Assembly (NCBI GenBank): GCA_963818475.1
Contig: CAWFSF010000005.1
Location: forward strand, 224,001 to 288,000
Reading direction: 5' to 3'
DNA length: 64,000 nucleotides
From: Nitrospirota bacterium
GTDB lineage: Bacteria > Nitrospirota > UBA9217
Made by a program: the position numbers and the translations under genes. Positions within the stretch are counted from its first letter, which is position 1; each line of letters starts with the position of its first letter. Below the pieces are notes generated by a model, which saw only the letters and a list, made by a program, of their open reading frames with translations, was not told the DNA's origin and did not search any database. This document shows, one piece after another, positions 19,564 through 30,869 of this stretch.

Positions 19564-19923
19564 TTACCCGCCGATCGTTTTCACTTTGTAGCCCTGCTTG
19601 GTCAGCACATCGACCAGCTGCTCCCGCTGGTCTCCCTGGATCTCGATAACACCGTCCTTGACCGTCCCGCCGGTGCCGCATTTCTGCTTGAGCTGTCGGG
19701 CCAGTTCCAGGAGGCCGTCGCTGTCGAGCGGAACGCCGGTGATCACGGTCACGCCCTTGCCCTTGCGCCCCTTTGTTTCCCTGCTGACCCGCACGATCCC
19801 GTCGCCGCGGGGAACCTTGTTCTTTTTGCTGCAGGAACAGCCGGAGGCCGGCTTACCGCAGCCGGGGCACATCCTGCCGTGTTCGGTTGAGTAGACTGTG
19901 GCGGAGTTCTTCTGAATGCTCAT
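19564..19923 (-). CDS. yciH: Translation initiation factor Sui1/YciH
   Basis: VYSTEHG, CPGC, KGRKGKGVT, KCGTGG, IEIQGD. Confidence 0.93.
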   Translation of the reverse strand: MSIQKNSATVYSTEHGRMCPGCGKPASGCSCSKKNKVPRGDGIVRVSRETKGRKGKGVTVITGVPLDSDGLLELARQLKQKCGTGGTVKDGVIEIQGDQREQLVDVLTKQGYKVKTIGG

Positions 19924-19954
19924 GGCCAACAACCTCTTAAACCTGATCGATAGC

Positions 19955-20248
19955 TCAGCGCAGCCGGGTCCTGCACTTTTTGCATCCGCGCTTATGGATG
20001 TCGGCGCCCAGGAATTTCCCGCAAGCGGGGCATCTCCAGTTGTAGGAAGTAAACACGATGAACGAAGCGATGCTCACGATCTGCACGGCGGCGAGCGAGG
20101 ACGTTGAATATTCTCCCAGCACCCCGGGGCGTTTGTACAGAACAGCACAGAGCATCACAGCGAACATGGTGATGGCAATGCCGATTATCTGACGGGTCTG
20201 GAGCTGATGGAACTCCTGCTTGATCTGCTCATGGTCTTTTTTCTGCAT
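19955..20248 (-). CDS. Small two-TM protein with C-terminal zinc ribbon
   Basis: Two hydrophobic segments; NWRCPACG...CKKC. Confidence 0.75.
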   Translation of the reverse strand: MQKKDHEQIKQEFHQLQTRQIIGIAITMFAVMLCAVLYKRPGVLGEYSTSSLAAVQIVSIASFIVFTSYNWRCPACGKFLGADIHKRGCKKCRTRLR

Positions 20249-20327
20249 CTTCACTCTTTCCTTCTCCCTGCATGACTTATTGATATCCGATGTTAATTCT
20301 GCCAAAATCCGAAATCCGCAATTTGTT

Positions 20328-20816
20328 TCACTTCCCGCAGCACTTCTTGAACTTCTTGCCGCTGCCGCATGTGCAGAGGTCATTCCGGCCGACCTTGGGA
20401 GCGGTGTTCACGACCTGCTTCGGCGGCAGGTTCTTGCCAACCGTAAAGTACCACCGGTCGCCCTCTTTCTTGAACGACGACAGTTCATGGTGGTCCGTTC
20501 TGACGCCGCTTTCCGTATAGGATGCGATGAACTCCACCTGGCCTTCGCGGTCATCAGGACCGCCCTGGGACGTTTTGACGATCTCGAACCCGTGCCACTG
20601 GGCCCGCTCCGCCCACTCGCGGCTGCTCTTTTCATCATAATCGGCGCGGTGGTCCGGATGGAGCGACGTAGCGAGATAGTCCATCTCCTTCTTCACATAG
20701 GCGCTGTACCGGGAGCGCATGAGCTGCTCCGCAGTCTTCGCTGGCTGTTCACCCTTGATCAACGGGCGGCAGCAGGTATCGTAGATAATGTTTGAACCGC
20801 AGGGACAAAGATCCAT
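20328..20816 (-). CDS. ychJ: YchJ family SEC-C domain protein
   Basis: [39 protein letters not shown]. Confidence 0.93.
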   Translation of the reverse strand: MDLCPCGSNIIYDTCCRPLIKGEQPAKTAEQLMRSRYSAYVKKEMDYLATSLHPDHRADYDEKSSREWAERAQWHGFEIVKTSQGGPDDREGQVEFIASYTESGVRTDHHELSSFKKEGDRWYFTVGKNLPPKQVVNTAPKVGRNDLCTCGSGKKFKKCCGK

Positions 20817-20849
20817 GTATGACTCCTTTTCAGTTATAGAGCGTGCTAT

Positions 20850-20878
20850 TGTATAACATGCACCATGTTGCCTGTCAA
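20850..20878 (-). promoter_or_regulatory. Sigma70-like promoter for ychJ with palindrome in the spacer
   Basis: TTGACA-N17-TATACA; AACATG-N3-CATGTT at 20855-20869. Confidence 0.45.
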
Positions 20879-21113
20879 ATGATTTTGCCTATGACCGCCC
20901 TGTCCGCGCCTGATGCCATGCCCCCCCTGCCTCTTCTCCCTGCCCTCTGAGCCCCGGACCAGGACTCTGCTCTTCGCCCCTGTTTCACCGCCTTTTTTGC
21001 ATTGATTATTGGCTGGCCAGTGTGCTATATTTCACGCTGCTTATGATACTTCTTCACCTGTTTCCCCCTGCGCTGCCGGCCGCATCAGCCCTGCCGGCGA
21101 ATATGAACAATAG

Positions 21114-22465
<1,352 letters not shown>

Positions 22466-22473
<8 letters not shown>

Positions 22474-23675
22474 CAAGAACTCGAACGCAAAGAACTGGAA
22501 GCCCTCCACGCTCGCGATCCACGGCAACGGCCGCCTCCCCAAGGCGCATCACGCGGTCTCGACGCCGATCATGCACACGTCCAACTACTACTTCGACACT
22601 GCTGACGAGGTCGAGGATTTCATGCGCGCCAAGGGCCAGGGCAAGGTGATCCGCGAGCATGAATACGCCCGCTACGGCAACCCCACCCAGATCGAGACGG
22701 AGCGCAAGCTCGCCGCCATCGAAGGGGCCGAGCGCGCCGTGCTCTACTCCTCGGGCATGGCAGCGGTGCTGCTCGCGATCATGACCTTCATGAAGCCCAA
22801 GGGCCACATCATCTTCACCGGCGACTGCTACCGCCAGACGCGCGACTTTGCCATCAACTTCCTCGGCAAGTTCGGCATCGAATATTCCATCGTGGACCCC
22901 ACGGCCGAGGCCATTGAGAAGGCCATCAAGCCCGAAGACCAACATCATCTTCACCGAGTCGCCGACCAACCCCTATCTGCGCGTGCTCGACATCCCGGCC
23001 ATCGTGAAGGTCGCCAAAGCGAAGAAGATCCTGACCATCATCGACGCCACGCTGGCAACACCCTACAACATCAAGCCCATCGAGATGGGCGTGGACGTGG
23101 TACTCCACTCCGCCACCAAGTACATGGGCGGCCACAACGACCTCATGGCAGGCGTGGCGCTCGGCTCCAATGCCCTCATGACCGATCTGTACAAGATGCA
23201 GCGCATGATGGGCGCGACCCCGGGTCCGCTCACCTGCTTCCTGCTGGAGCGGGGCTTAAAGACCTTCGGCATGCGCATGGAGCACCACAACAAGGCGGGC
23301 CTTGCCATCGCCCAGATGCTCGAAGCGCACCCCAAGATCGAGAAGGTCTGGTACCCGGCGCTCAAGTCGCACCCGGACCACAAGATCGGCATGGAGCAGA
23401 TGAAAGGCTTCGGCAGCGTCATCAGTTTCCTGGTGAAGGGCGGCAACAAGGAGACGCGGCAGTTCATCGACGCGCTCGAGCTCTTCCTGATCACGCCGAG
23501 CCTCGGCGGCAGCGAAAGCCTGGTCACGCAGATGTGGGCCATGTCGTTCTTTGATTATTCCGAGGAGTATCGCAAGAACATCGGCATGGTGGACAACCTG
23601 GTGCGGCTCGCGCTGGGCCTGGAGGATGTGGACGATCTGATCTTTGATCTGAAGCAGGCGCTGGATAAGATATAA
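22466..23675 (+). CDS. metB: Cystathionine gamma-synthase-like PLP enzyme, plant-like subtype (frameshift near 22935)
   Basis: YARYGNPT, SSGMAA, ESPTNP, SATKYMGGHND, SLGGSESL, GLEDVDDL; start overlaps the thrC end. Confidence 0.8.
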
Positions 23676-23711
23676 GCCTATCGTAAGGCAGTTGCAGCAT
23701 CAATGATGAGT

Positions 23712-23743
23712 AAAAAAGCCCCCTCCTTAGGGGGCTTTTCTAT
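23712..23743. terminator. Rho-independent terminator after thrC-metB (probably bidirectional)
   Basis: aaaaaagccccct cctt agggggcttttct. Confidence 0.8.
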
Positions 23744-24030
23744 TTCCATGATACTGTGGTTCTCTTATTCTGAACGTACCGTCACGCGTTGCCCTTTTGC
23801 GCGTCGCTGTGGGAAGTTCATCGAGCATCGAATCCAGCATCTCATTGACTTGTCGGCGGGTCTCCGAAAACGCCAGGCAGACACGGTCAAACTGCCTCGG
23901 TAGCCGCTTGTGCCGATGCCGAAAAACGGAGGAAATGCCGCGGGAACCATCATCCTTGCGTAAAAAGGTATCGTGCGGGTGCATTGATTGGGGCCTGATG
24001 TGGGTTTTACTGGCATGGCAGTGGTAAAGC

Positions 24031-24056
24031 GGAGCCGGTGAAGCGAAACCGGCTCC
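24031..24056 (-). terminator. Hairpin downstream of the radical SAM gene (terminator or REP)
   Basis: ggagccggt-gaagcgaa-accggctcc, perfect 9-bp stem. Confidence 0.55.
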
Positions 24057-24064
24057 TGAGTTGA

Positions 24065-25504
24065 TCAAGCAGATCTTCGCAGGCTCTTCGCATCCGACTG
24101 CAGCCCGGGCTCTCCGCTCTCGACGCGCATGCCCCCGGTCTGCGCAGTGTTGACCTTCGACAAAAGCGCTTCCAACATGGGGAGCATGGTATCCAGGTTC
24201 CTGGTCTTGATGATGAAGTTCCAGAGCGGTTCGAACTTCTTCCAGCCTCCGGAATAGAAAAGGTGCTTAAGCTTATGCTTGTGAGATTCATGCAGGAAGC
24301 TCGCCTTGAAGATATTCGTCCAGCGGTAAAATTCTTTGTATGCCCAGTTGTACCCGTGCTGGAGCTCTTCATCCGACAGCCCGGCCGTGCGGTACACGAC
24401 ATGTCTCGTATCGTAGAGGTCCCAGTTCCGCGTCAGGATGCGATGATCATCCTCCATTCGCTGGTACAGCCGCGTCCCGGGATAGGGCGTCAGGATGTGA
24501 TAGGTCGCGGTGGTAATGGCGTTCTTCACTCCCCAATCAACGGTCCTATGGAACACATCCCGGTCGTCATCATCAAGGCCGAAAACGAAACTGCCGTTGA
24601 TCATGATCCCGAGTGCATGCAGCCTGTTCACTGCCCTAGTGTAGTCCTTCTCGAGATTCTGCTTTTTATTGCTTTGCCTGAGGTTCGAGGGTGAAAAGGT
24701 CTCGAAACCGACGAAGAGACTCCTTAATCCTGCTTCTGCGGCCTTTTCGATCAGATCGCGTTTCAGGATGGAGTCCACCGTGGCTGCTCCCTGGAAAACG
24801 CGGCCCATACCCCGCATTCCCTCGAACAGGGTGGCGGCAAACGCCGGGTCCCCCAGCAGGTGATCGTCGAGGAAGTACAAGTGCCGCCCCGGGAGCCTGT
24901 CGATCTCCGCCAGTGCGGCATCCACCCTCTGCGTGTAAAAGGACTTTCCACCAGCGAAGAACGCGTCCTTGTAGCAGAAATCGCAATGATACGGGCACCC
25001 TCTTGTTACGACGATCGAGTTGGGGACCAGATACCGTTCCCGCTTGATCAGGTCCCTCCTGACCGGCGGGATCGCGAGCAAGTTCCTGACTGCGGACCGG
25101 TAGACCTGCTTCGGCGCGCCTTTCCTGAAGTCACTCAGGAATCGGGGGAAGGTGTCTTCGCCCGGTCCCAGGAAGATCGTATCCGCGTGGCAGGCTGCTT
25201 CCTCCGGCAACGACGTCACATGCAGACCACCCAGGAGAACGTATGAGCCGCGCCTCCGGTAATGATCCGCGATCGCGTATGCCCGGCGGGCGTTCGTGAT
25301 GTAGACCTGGATGATCACGAGGTCCGGGCTGTCGTCAAGATGCAGCTCCTCCACGTGCTGGTCCTGGAGATCGATCTCGTCCTTGGGAGAAAGATAGGCG
25401 GCAAGGGTCGCCAGGCCCAGAGGAGGGAACAGGGAATACTTTATCGGCCTCCAAAAGGGGCTTTCTGCTTCTGCAAGAGCTGGTAGTATCATCTTTATCT
25501 TCAT
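24065..25504 (-). CDS. B12-binding domain radical SAM protein
   Basis: PPLGLATLA, GGLHVT, TRGCPYHCDFC, GFET, TPYPGT. Confidence 0.92.
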   Translation of the reverse strand: MKIKMILPALAEAESPFWRPIKYSLFPPLGLATLAAYLSPKDEIDLQDQHVEELHLDDSPDLVIIQVYITNARRAYAIADHYRRRGSYVLLGGLHVTSLPEEAACHADTIFLGPGEDTFPRFLSDFRKGAPKQVYRSAVRNLLAIPPVRRDLIKRERYLVPNSIVVTRGCPYHCDFCYKDAFFAGGKSFYTQRVDAALAEIDRLPGRHLYFLDDHLLGDPAFAATLFEGMRGMGRVFQGAATVDSILKRDLIEKAAEAGLRSLFVGFETFSPSNLRQSNKKQNLEKDYTRAVNRLHALGIMINGSFVFGLDDDDRDVFHRTVDWGVKNAITTATYHILTPYPGTRLYQRMEDDHRILTRNWDLYDTRHVVYRTAGLSDEELQHGYNWAYKEFYRWTNIFKASFLHESHKHKLKHLFYSGGWKKFEPLWNFIIKTRNLDTMLPMLEALLSKVNTAQTGGMRVESGEPGLQSDAKSLRRSA

Positions 25505-25508
25505 GGCT

Positions 25509-26240
25509 TTATTCTAGGCTCCTTTCGGGCCAGATGATCTGACGCACACGCTTTTTCCCTAAAATGTTCATGAAGGCAGAAGCGATAATTACACCGATAT
25601 CGGTGAAGAAGCTGTTCGTCTCGATATATTTGCGGTCCCAGAACCAGGACGTCCTCCTGTGCTGTCCGCCGTAAAGCTGTGCATATCCGGTTATGCCCGG
25701 CATTATCATCCACCGGCGGGCATGATGAGCGTCGCCCCATCCGAGCCTCTCGATATCGAACTGCGTCAGTGCCCGCGGCCCCACGATGCTCATGTCCCCT
25801 TTCAGCACATTGACGAACTGCGGCAGTTCGTCAAGACCGGTCCTTCGCAGGACCCGGCCGATCCGAGTCGGCACGCCATCGACCATGGTCTGGAACTTCA
25901 GGAGCTGAAAGGGCTCTTTGTTCAGCCCTGCCCGTTTCTGCCGGAAGATGACGGCATGCCGTTCTTTGAATTTCAAGAGAACGGCGATTACTGCCGAAGG
26001 CAGGGCAAAGACAACAAGCGCCGCGGTTGCAAAGAATATATCGAAACCTCTTTTGGCAATGAACCGGCGAGTGGACCGGCTTCCCTCAAGTGCAGAAGAT
26101 TCATCCCGGGCACCCCTGACTCCCTGTACGAGACCGCCTGATCGCGATTTCCTTATTCGAATGTCCCTCTCGGTCAGGAAAAAGGACCGGCTGGACGGCG
26201 CAGGCTGCGAGGCTTCTCTCATTGGTTTTTCCGATCTCAT
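25509..26240 (-). CDS. Short bacterial sugar transferase (phosphoglycosyl transferase, PglC/WcaJ domain)
   Basis: KRGFDI, KFQTM, LDELPQF.NVLKGDMSIVGPR, PGITGYAQ. Confidence 0.9.
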   Translation of the reverse strand: MRSEKPMREASQPAPSSRSFFLTERDIRIRKSRSGGLVQGVRGARDESSALEGSRSTRRFIAKRGFDIFFATAALVVFALPSAVIAVLLKFKERHAVIFRQKRAGLNKEPFQLLKFQTMVDGVPTRIGRVLRRTGLDELPQFVNVLKGDMSIVGPRALTQFDIERLGWGDAHHARRWMIMPGITGYAQLYGGQHRRTSWFWDRKYIETNSFFTDIGVIIASAFMNILGKKRVRQIIWPERSLE

Positions 26241-27508
26241 AGGGTTCGCTCCCCCTGAGACGCGCTTGACGCAGGTCTGAACTTCTCCTCCCAGTCGATC
26301 TTCGCAGTCAGCTGCATCATCACCCCCAGGGTAAGGATCGCGCCGATCGTCACCGTCAAACCCGTGTAGCCCTCAAAGAAGTGCGCCAGGGAGAAGAGCA
26401 CGAGGAATATGAACTGAGAAAGGCCGACCTCCACCGCGGCGAACCTGGCGCCGACAACGATCCTCATATACGAAATGACCAGGAACATGGAGACCACCGA
26501 CGAGATCAGGAAGGCCGGAACGATGTCGATGTGGTCGACGCTGTATGAAAAGAGCAGGTGGAAGGCAAAAAAGGCCGCGGCCAGGAACACGTAGTTCATG
26601 GGATGGACCTTAATATTCTTGATCGTGGAGATCATGAACACCACAAAGAAGAAGAACAGGAGCGAGACGGGAGCGAAGTAGCTAATCTGGCTTGCCAGTG
26701 GCCCAGGGTTCAGCTTGTTCGGCATATCCATGCCGATCGCAAATCCCGAAAGCAGGTCGCTGTATTTCCATTCGAGGTTCCACCCGTTTCCGGCCGGCGT
26801 CTTTGTTGTCGGGGATATGGTCTTCTGCGGGAAATCGATCTCGCTGAAGTTCGTTTTCATGGCGAGCGTGAAGTCCTTGGCGCGGTTCACTCCCTCGCCG
26901 AACCGGTAGAACCATTTATCCAGTCCCTGGGATGCATACCTGATCTCGACCCGCGCCGTCTGGTACGGACCAAGCCTGAAGGGCACTTCTATCTCCCCCT
27001 TCGACAGATCGTTTATCTCGATGACCCTTCCGTTGATGGCCATGCGGATGTTGTCATAGGTCGCCTCTTTTGCGGGGAAGACGAACTGCATCCGGAAATT
27101 CTCTTCCCGGGACAGCGGGTTCTTGACGGTATAGACGGCCTGGAAATCGACGAGGTAGGTATCGTACCACATCAGCCCTTTTTGCCGCTGAGTGAGATCG
27201 AAGCCCACCTTGATATCGCTGGAGTCGATATTGACCCTGGTCGTGACAGTTCTGGTCTGACGCTCGGTTTTCTTCAACTTTTTCCCTGCTTCGTCCTCCA
27301 CCTCTTTTTGCACTTCCTTCTGGACCTGCGTGATATACCAGAACGCCGGCGCCGTCTGCGTATGCAACGACCCCCAGAGCCCTTCCACCTGTTCGAACAG
27401 TTTGTTCTGCTGCAAGTAGGTCCTGCCCTGCATAATATTTCCCAGGATGATCCAGGCAATGCTGGTTGCTGCAAAGATCAACATGATTGAAACGATTCTT
27501 TTGACCAT
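26237..27508 (-). CDS. creD: Inner membrane CreD family protein
   Basis: N-terminal TM, periplasmic domain, C-terminal multi-TM with VHPMNY and LTLGVMMQLTAKIDW; follows creBC. Confidence 0.85.
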   Translation of the reverse strand: MVKRIVSIMLIFAATSIAWIILGNIMQGRTYLQQNKLFEQVEGLWGSLHTQTAPAFWYITQVQKEVQKEVEDEAGKKLKKTERQTRTVTTRVNIDSSDIKVGFDLTQRQKGLMWYDTYLVDFQAVYTVKNPLSREENFRMQFVFPAKEATYDNIRMAINGRVIEINDLSKGEIEVPFRLGPYQTARVEIRYASQGLDKWFYRFGEGVNRAKDFTLAMKTNFSEIDFPQKTISPTTKTPAGNGWNLEWKYSDLLSGFAIGMDMPNKLNPGPLASQISYFAPVSLLFFFFVVFMISTIKNIKVHPMNYVFLAAAFFAFHLLFSYSVDHIDIVPAFLISSVVSMFLVISYMRIVVGARFAAVEVGLSQFIFLVLFSLAHFFEGYTGLTVTIGAILTLGVMMQLTAKIDWEEKFRPASSASQGERTL

Positions 27509-27559
27509 CTCAATGCCCTCCTCGTTATAGTCCGGGTCTGCTCCGGACTTGCTGATACC

Positions 27560-27624
27560 AATGTATCAGGCCAACGTGAAAGGATTATGAGGTGTCGGTG
27601 AATTGCTGAAGAAAAATCGGTGAA
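27560..27624 (-). promoter_or_regulatory. CreB binding array (cre-tag) plus -10 box upstream of creD
   Basis: TTCAC-N6-TTCTT-N6-TTCAC-N6-CTCAT-N6-TTCAC, then 10 nt, then TACATT. Confidence 0.7.
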
Positions 27625-27635
27625 GGGAATTAAGG

Positions 27636-29075
27636 CTAAAGAACGGGCGATTTTGTGAAGAACAGTACGGCTGCTGCGCCTCTTGTTGGCCGATTCTCGA
27701 TACGGACAGAGCCGTTATGCAGGTTCATGACCTGGAGCACGAGGCTGAGGCCCAGACCGGAGCTTTTCCTGCCCGTATCGGGACGCTTCAGGGAATAGAA
27801 ACGCTCAAAAACCTTGTCCAGCGCATAATCCGGGATGCCCGGGCCGGTATCCTCGACAGTGACCACAAGCCCGCTGTCGCTTGCTTCGGACCGTATCGTG
27901 ATCGTGCCGCCCGCAGGCGTAAATTCAACGGCGTTCTGGATTACGTTCTGAACAGCGTGCCGCACCAGGAATTCCTCTCCCCGAAACGCGCAATCCCCGG
28001 CGCAAAGTCGATCAACGCGGATCTTCTTTTTCTCGAGCTGGGGGTTCATCCCCAGAAGGACATCGTCAATGATCCGGTTCATGTCGAGCGGTTCCGCGTC
28101 GGCACTGTTCTTTCTGCTCTCCAGAGACGAAAGGAGCAGGAGCTTGTCCACGAGCATACGGATGCGTTGTGCTTCCGTTCTAATGTTATCGAGGAACCGG
28201 GTCCTTTCCCGGGGTTCCATGCCCTCCTCTTCCATAAGTTCGGCTGCGCCCTGTATGGCCGAGAGGGGGCTTTTGATCTCGTGCGTGAGCGTTTGGACAT
28301 AGTGTTCCACGTACTGTTTTCCTTCGAGGGCGTCGCGCATCACATCGAACGCAACGCCAAGCTGCCGGATCTCGCTCGTGCCGAGATCGGGCAATTGTGA
28401 TCTCTTGCCTTCTTTTACGGAAAGGGCATGTTCCGTCAAGCGCTTGATGGGCCGGGTCACCATCCCGGAGACCACGGCCGTGGTTATAAGGACCGCCAGA
28501 AAGACGACTGACCCGCCGATCAGGATCCGCTGTTTCGACGCGAAAACAAAACGGTCGGACTGCCGGGTGGGCTTTCCCACGGAAAGAATGCCGATGGTCC
28601 TGCCTGCTGATACCACCGGAGCGGCAACGTACATGACCGAAGATGAGGGGTCCTCAGCTACCATTCGGGTGGTCCGGCTTCCGTACTTGCCGCGAAGGGC
28701 GCCATAGACATCGTTCCAGCGTGAGTAATCGCTGCCAACGGCTTTCCCATCCCGGGAATCGAAAATAACAACGCCTTGGTAGTCCGTGATGTAAACATGC
28801 AAGTCGACGTCGCGTTTGACGAAGTCATAGATCCGTGCGGAAAAAGGGCGACGAGTTTCTCGGAAGATCCTCTCGAACAGGCCGGTATCGATCGTTCCGT
28901 CCTTTGCAGTAGCAGAGGCAAGCGCGGCAAGGGTGTACGCCGCATCGGCGAGCGGCTCTTCCGTCACCTTCCGATACTGCGGTTCAAGGTCGCGCACGAC
29001 CCAGAGCAGCAGGAACGAGAAGCCCACGGCAATGGCCAGAAAGATGCCGAGCAGTATACGCGCGAAGATCTTCAT
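27636..29075 (-). CDS. creC: Two-component sensor histidine kinase CreC
   Basis: DYSRWNDVY.ALRG.YG.RTT, YVEHYVQTLTHEIKSP, GIPDYALDKVFERFYS. Confidence 0.93.
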   Translation of the reverse strand: MKIFARILLGIFLAIAVGFSFLLLWVVRDLEPQYRKVTEEPLADAAYTLAALASATAKDGTIDTGLFERIFRETRRPFSARIYDFVKRDVDLHVYITDYQGVVIFDSRDGKAVGSDYSRWNDVYGALRGKYGSRTTRMVAEDPSSSVMYVAAPVVSAGRTIGILSVGKPTRQSDRFVFASKQRILIGGSVVFLAVLITTAVVSGMVTRPIKRLTEHALSVKEGKRSQLPDLGTSEIRQLGVAFDVMRDALEGKQYVEHYVQTLTHEIKSPLSAIQGAAELMEEEGMEPRERTRFLDNIRTEAQRIRMLVDKLLLLSSLESRKNSADAEPLDMNRIIDDVLLGMNPQLEKKKIRVDRLCAGDCAFRGEEFLVRHAVQNVIQNAVEFTPAGGTITIRSEASDSGLVVTVEDTGPGIPDYALDKVFERFYSLKRPDTGRKSSGLGLSLVLQVMNLHNGSVRIENRPTRGAAAVLFFTKSPVL

Positions 29076-29764
29076 GCCTCTGACAGCTCCAGGGAATAAC
29101 CGAAGCCGCGGTGCGTGGCGATGGGGTCCTCGTGAGGTCGTATCTGTTTGAGTTTGCGGCGGATGGTCTTGATATGGGTGTCTATGGTCCGTTCCAGGCT
29201 CATGTCCGGATCTTCCCAAGCCTGCTCCATCAACTGTTGCCGCGAGAACACCCTATGAGGATGCTCCACGAGCACCTTCATGACGCGGTACTCATACCGG
29301 GAAAGATCGAGTTCCTGGCCATGGTAGAGGACGGCACAACGCTTTTCATCGATCCGGAACGGTCCCGCTGAGCCCGCGGATTGCACCGGTTCCCGGCTGG
29401 GCGAAGAAGTGCGCCGGAGGATAGCGCGCACGCGGGCGACGAGCTCCCGGGGGCTGAAAGGCTTCACCATGTAATCGTCAGCGCCGAGTTCGAGACCCAC
29501 AACGCGGTCGATCTCCGAAGCGCGCGCGGTCAGGAACAGGACTGGGACGGAACTTATTCTGCGAATCTCTCGCATGAGGTCAAAGCCGTTGACGTCGGGC
29601 AGCCCCACGTCCAGGATGATGAACCCGATGTCGCCGCCGGCGGCGAGTCTTTTGAGCCCCTCCCTGCCCGTTTCGCACCATATGGGCTCATGGCCTTCGG
29701 TGGACAAGGCATAGGTGATATTGTCCGCTATGGACGATTCATCTTCTATGATCAGAGTTTTCAT
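29072..29764 (-). CDS. creB: Two-component response regulator CreB
   Basis: LDVGLPD, RTIDTHIKTIR, THRGFGYS; overlaps creC. Confidence 0.93.
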   Translation of the reverse strand: MKTLIIEDESSIADNITYALSTEGHEPIWCETGREGLKRLAAGGDIGFIILDVGLPDVNGFDLMREIRRISSVPVLFLTARASEIDRVVGLELGADDYMVKPFSPRELVARVRAILRRTSSPSREPVQSAGSAGPFRIDEKRCAVLYHGQELDLSRYEYRVMKVLVEHPHRVFSRQQLMEQAWEDPDMSLERTIDTHIKTIRRKLKQIRPHEDPIATHRGFGYSLELSEA

Positions 29765-29834
29765 GCGTTCGATGGAGTGGCGTAAAGATCGTTTCCTCTG
29801 TTATTCACAAACAAATCCAGATTACTTTTCCCGC

Positions 29835-29882
29835 TGCAAACGATGAGTTGAGCCGATTTATCGGCACGAACGTTTGTTATTC
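29835..29882 (-). mobile_element. attC-like integron cassette recombination site (short/degenerate)
   Basis: GAATAAC-AAAC-GTTCGTGCCGA-TAAA-TCGGCTCAAC-TCATC-GTTTGCA, 5 nt after the stop of a low-GC ORF. Confidence 0.55.
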
Positions 29883-29887
29883 TCGTA

Positions 29888-30269
29888 CTATTGCGAGTAT
29901 GTTACGACTTTAATGTTTTCTATTTTATTGCCAATTCTACTCCAAAGAAAGTCAACTACAAGCACTCGCCTCTCGCCAACCTTGTGACGATTCACACCTT
30001 TGTCTTGCTCCATTACTATCTGAACTTGCCCATAAAAACTTTCACGCTTTTCATCGACCATTGAACCAAAATTACTATATTCATCACGCCACGAATACCC
30101 TTCTGCAATGAATTTATTGTACGTTTCCATCACTTTTTTATTCGAGAACAATACTCTTATATAATTTAGCAGCTCTTCCTTTGTCTCTACCTCAGTGGTC
30201 GCGATAGAAATATTCGCGTTGCCAATAAAGAGCAACGAAGCGATTACCAGAACTTTGATTTTTTTTCAT
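29888..30269 (-). CDS. Low-GC secreted hypothetical protein (poly-A frameshift near start)
   Basis: GAGGT RBS and ATG 30269; removing one A from the A8 run gives signal peptide MKKIKVLVIASLLFIGNA joined to ORF 29888..30235. Confidence 0.7.
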
Positions 30270-30334
30270 GAACACCTCGTACCGGTTGATCTAAGGAGCA
30301 AGTAGTCCTAATCCCTCTTGTCTTGGGAAGGATA

Positions 30335-30410
30335 ATCGGGAAAGGGGGGAGTCTTACGGCTCCTTCCACTCCCACACCACCGTACATACGAATCACGTAT
30401 ACGGCGGTTC
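30335..30410 (-). ncRNA. Group II intron 3' remnant (domains V and VI, class C-like)
   Basis: GAACCGCCGTATACG-TGATT-CGTATGTACGGTGGTGTG, then a DVI hairpin ending TCCCGAT; no RT ORF or 5' GTGCG found. Confidence 0.8.
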
Positions 30411-30544
30411 GGCAGATTTGGTCACGGTCTCGTCTCATGCGTAATTGTTTATCCGTCACAACAGTAAAAAGAACGTCGCCCCTTTCGCTGTCGATCTTCT
30501 GTATTGCATGATACCCCGGTGCTTGGTCAGTAGATTACAATTGT

Positions 30545-30571
30545 GTCGGGTTTCGCTACGCTCTACCCGAC
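30545..30571. repeat. REP-like palindrome
   Basis: gtcgggt-ttcgctacgctct-acccgac. Confidence 0.6.
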
Positions 30572-30869
30572 CAAGTTTAACCTTTGTCCTTCTGGAAGCT
30601 AATGTTGGTCCCTGATTTCTTTGGTGCCGAGTTCTTCCGCTATCGGCACGATTCCCCTGGCAATGGAATCAAGATAAGCTTTTCTCCTCAGCAGTTCCTT
30701 ATTCATAGCATCGCCTCTTTTTGGCCATTGTAGCTACATCGTTTCAGTGTGTCTATAAGTTTTTTGATTATCGCGCCAGGCTTACTATTTATACTATTTA
30801 TACTATTTATAGTCTCTTGATTAAATTCCCCTGACAGGGTATATTTACAAGCGCAAAACAGTCCTTACC

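Noticed and set aside
23727-24068. Short ORFs between metB and the radical SAM gene
   Set aside because: No RBS or motif; they overlap hairpins; cannot be supported
30623-30652. Second attC-like hairpin (gtgccga...tcggcac)
   Set aside because: Lacks the flanking AAC/GTT core sites
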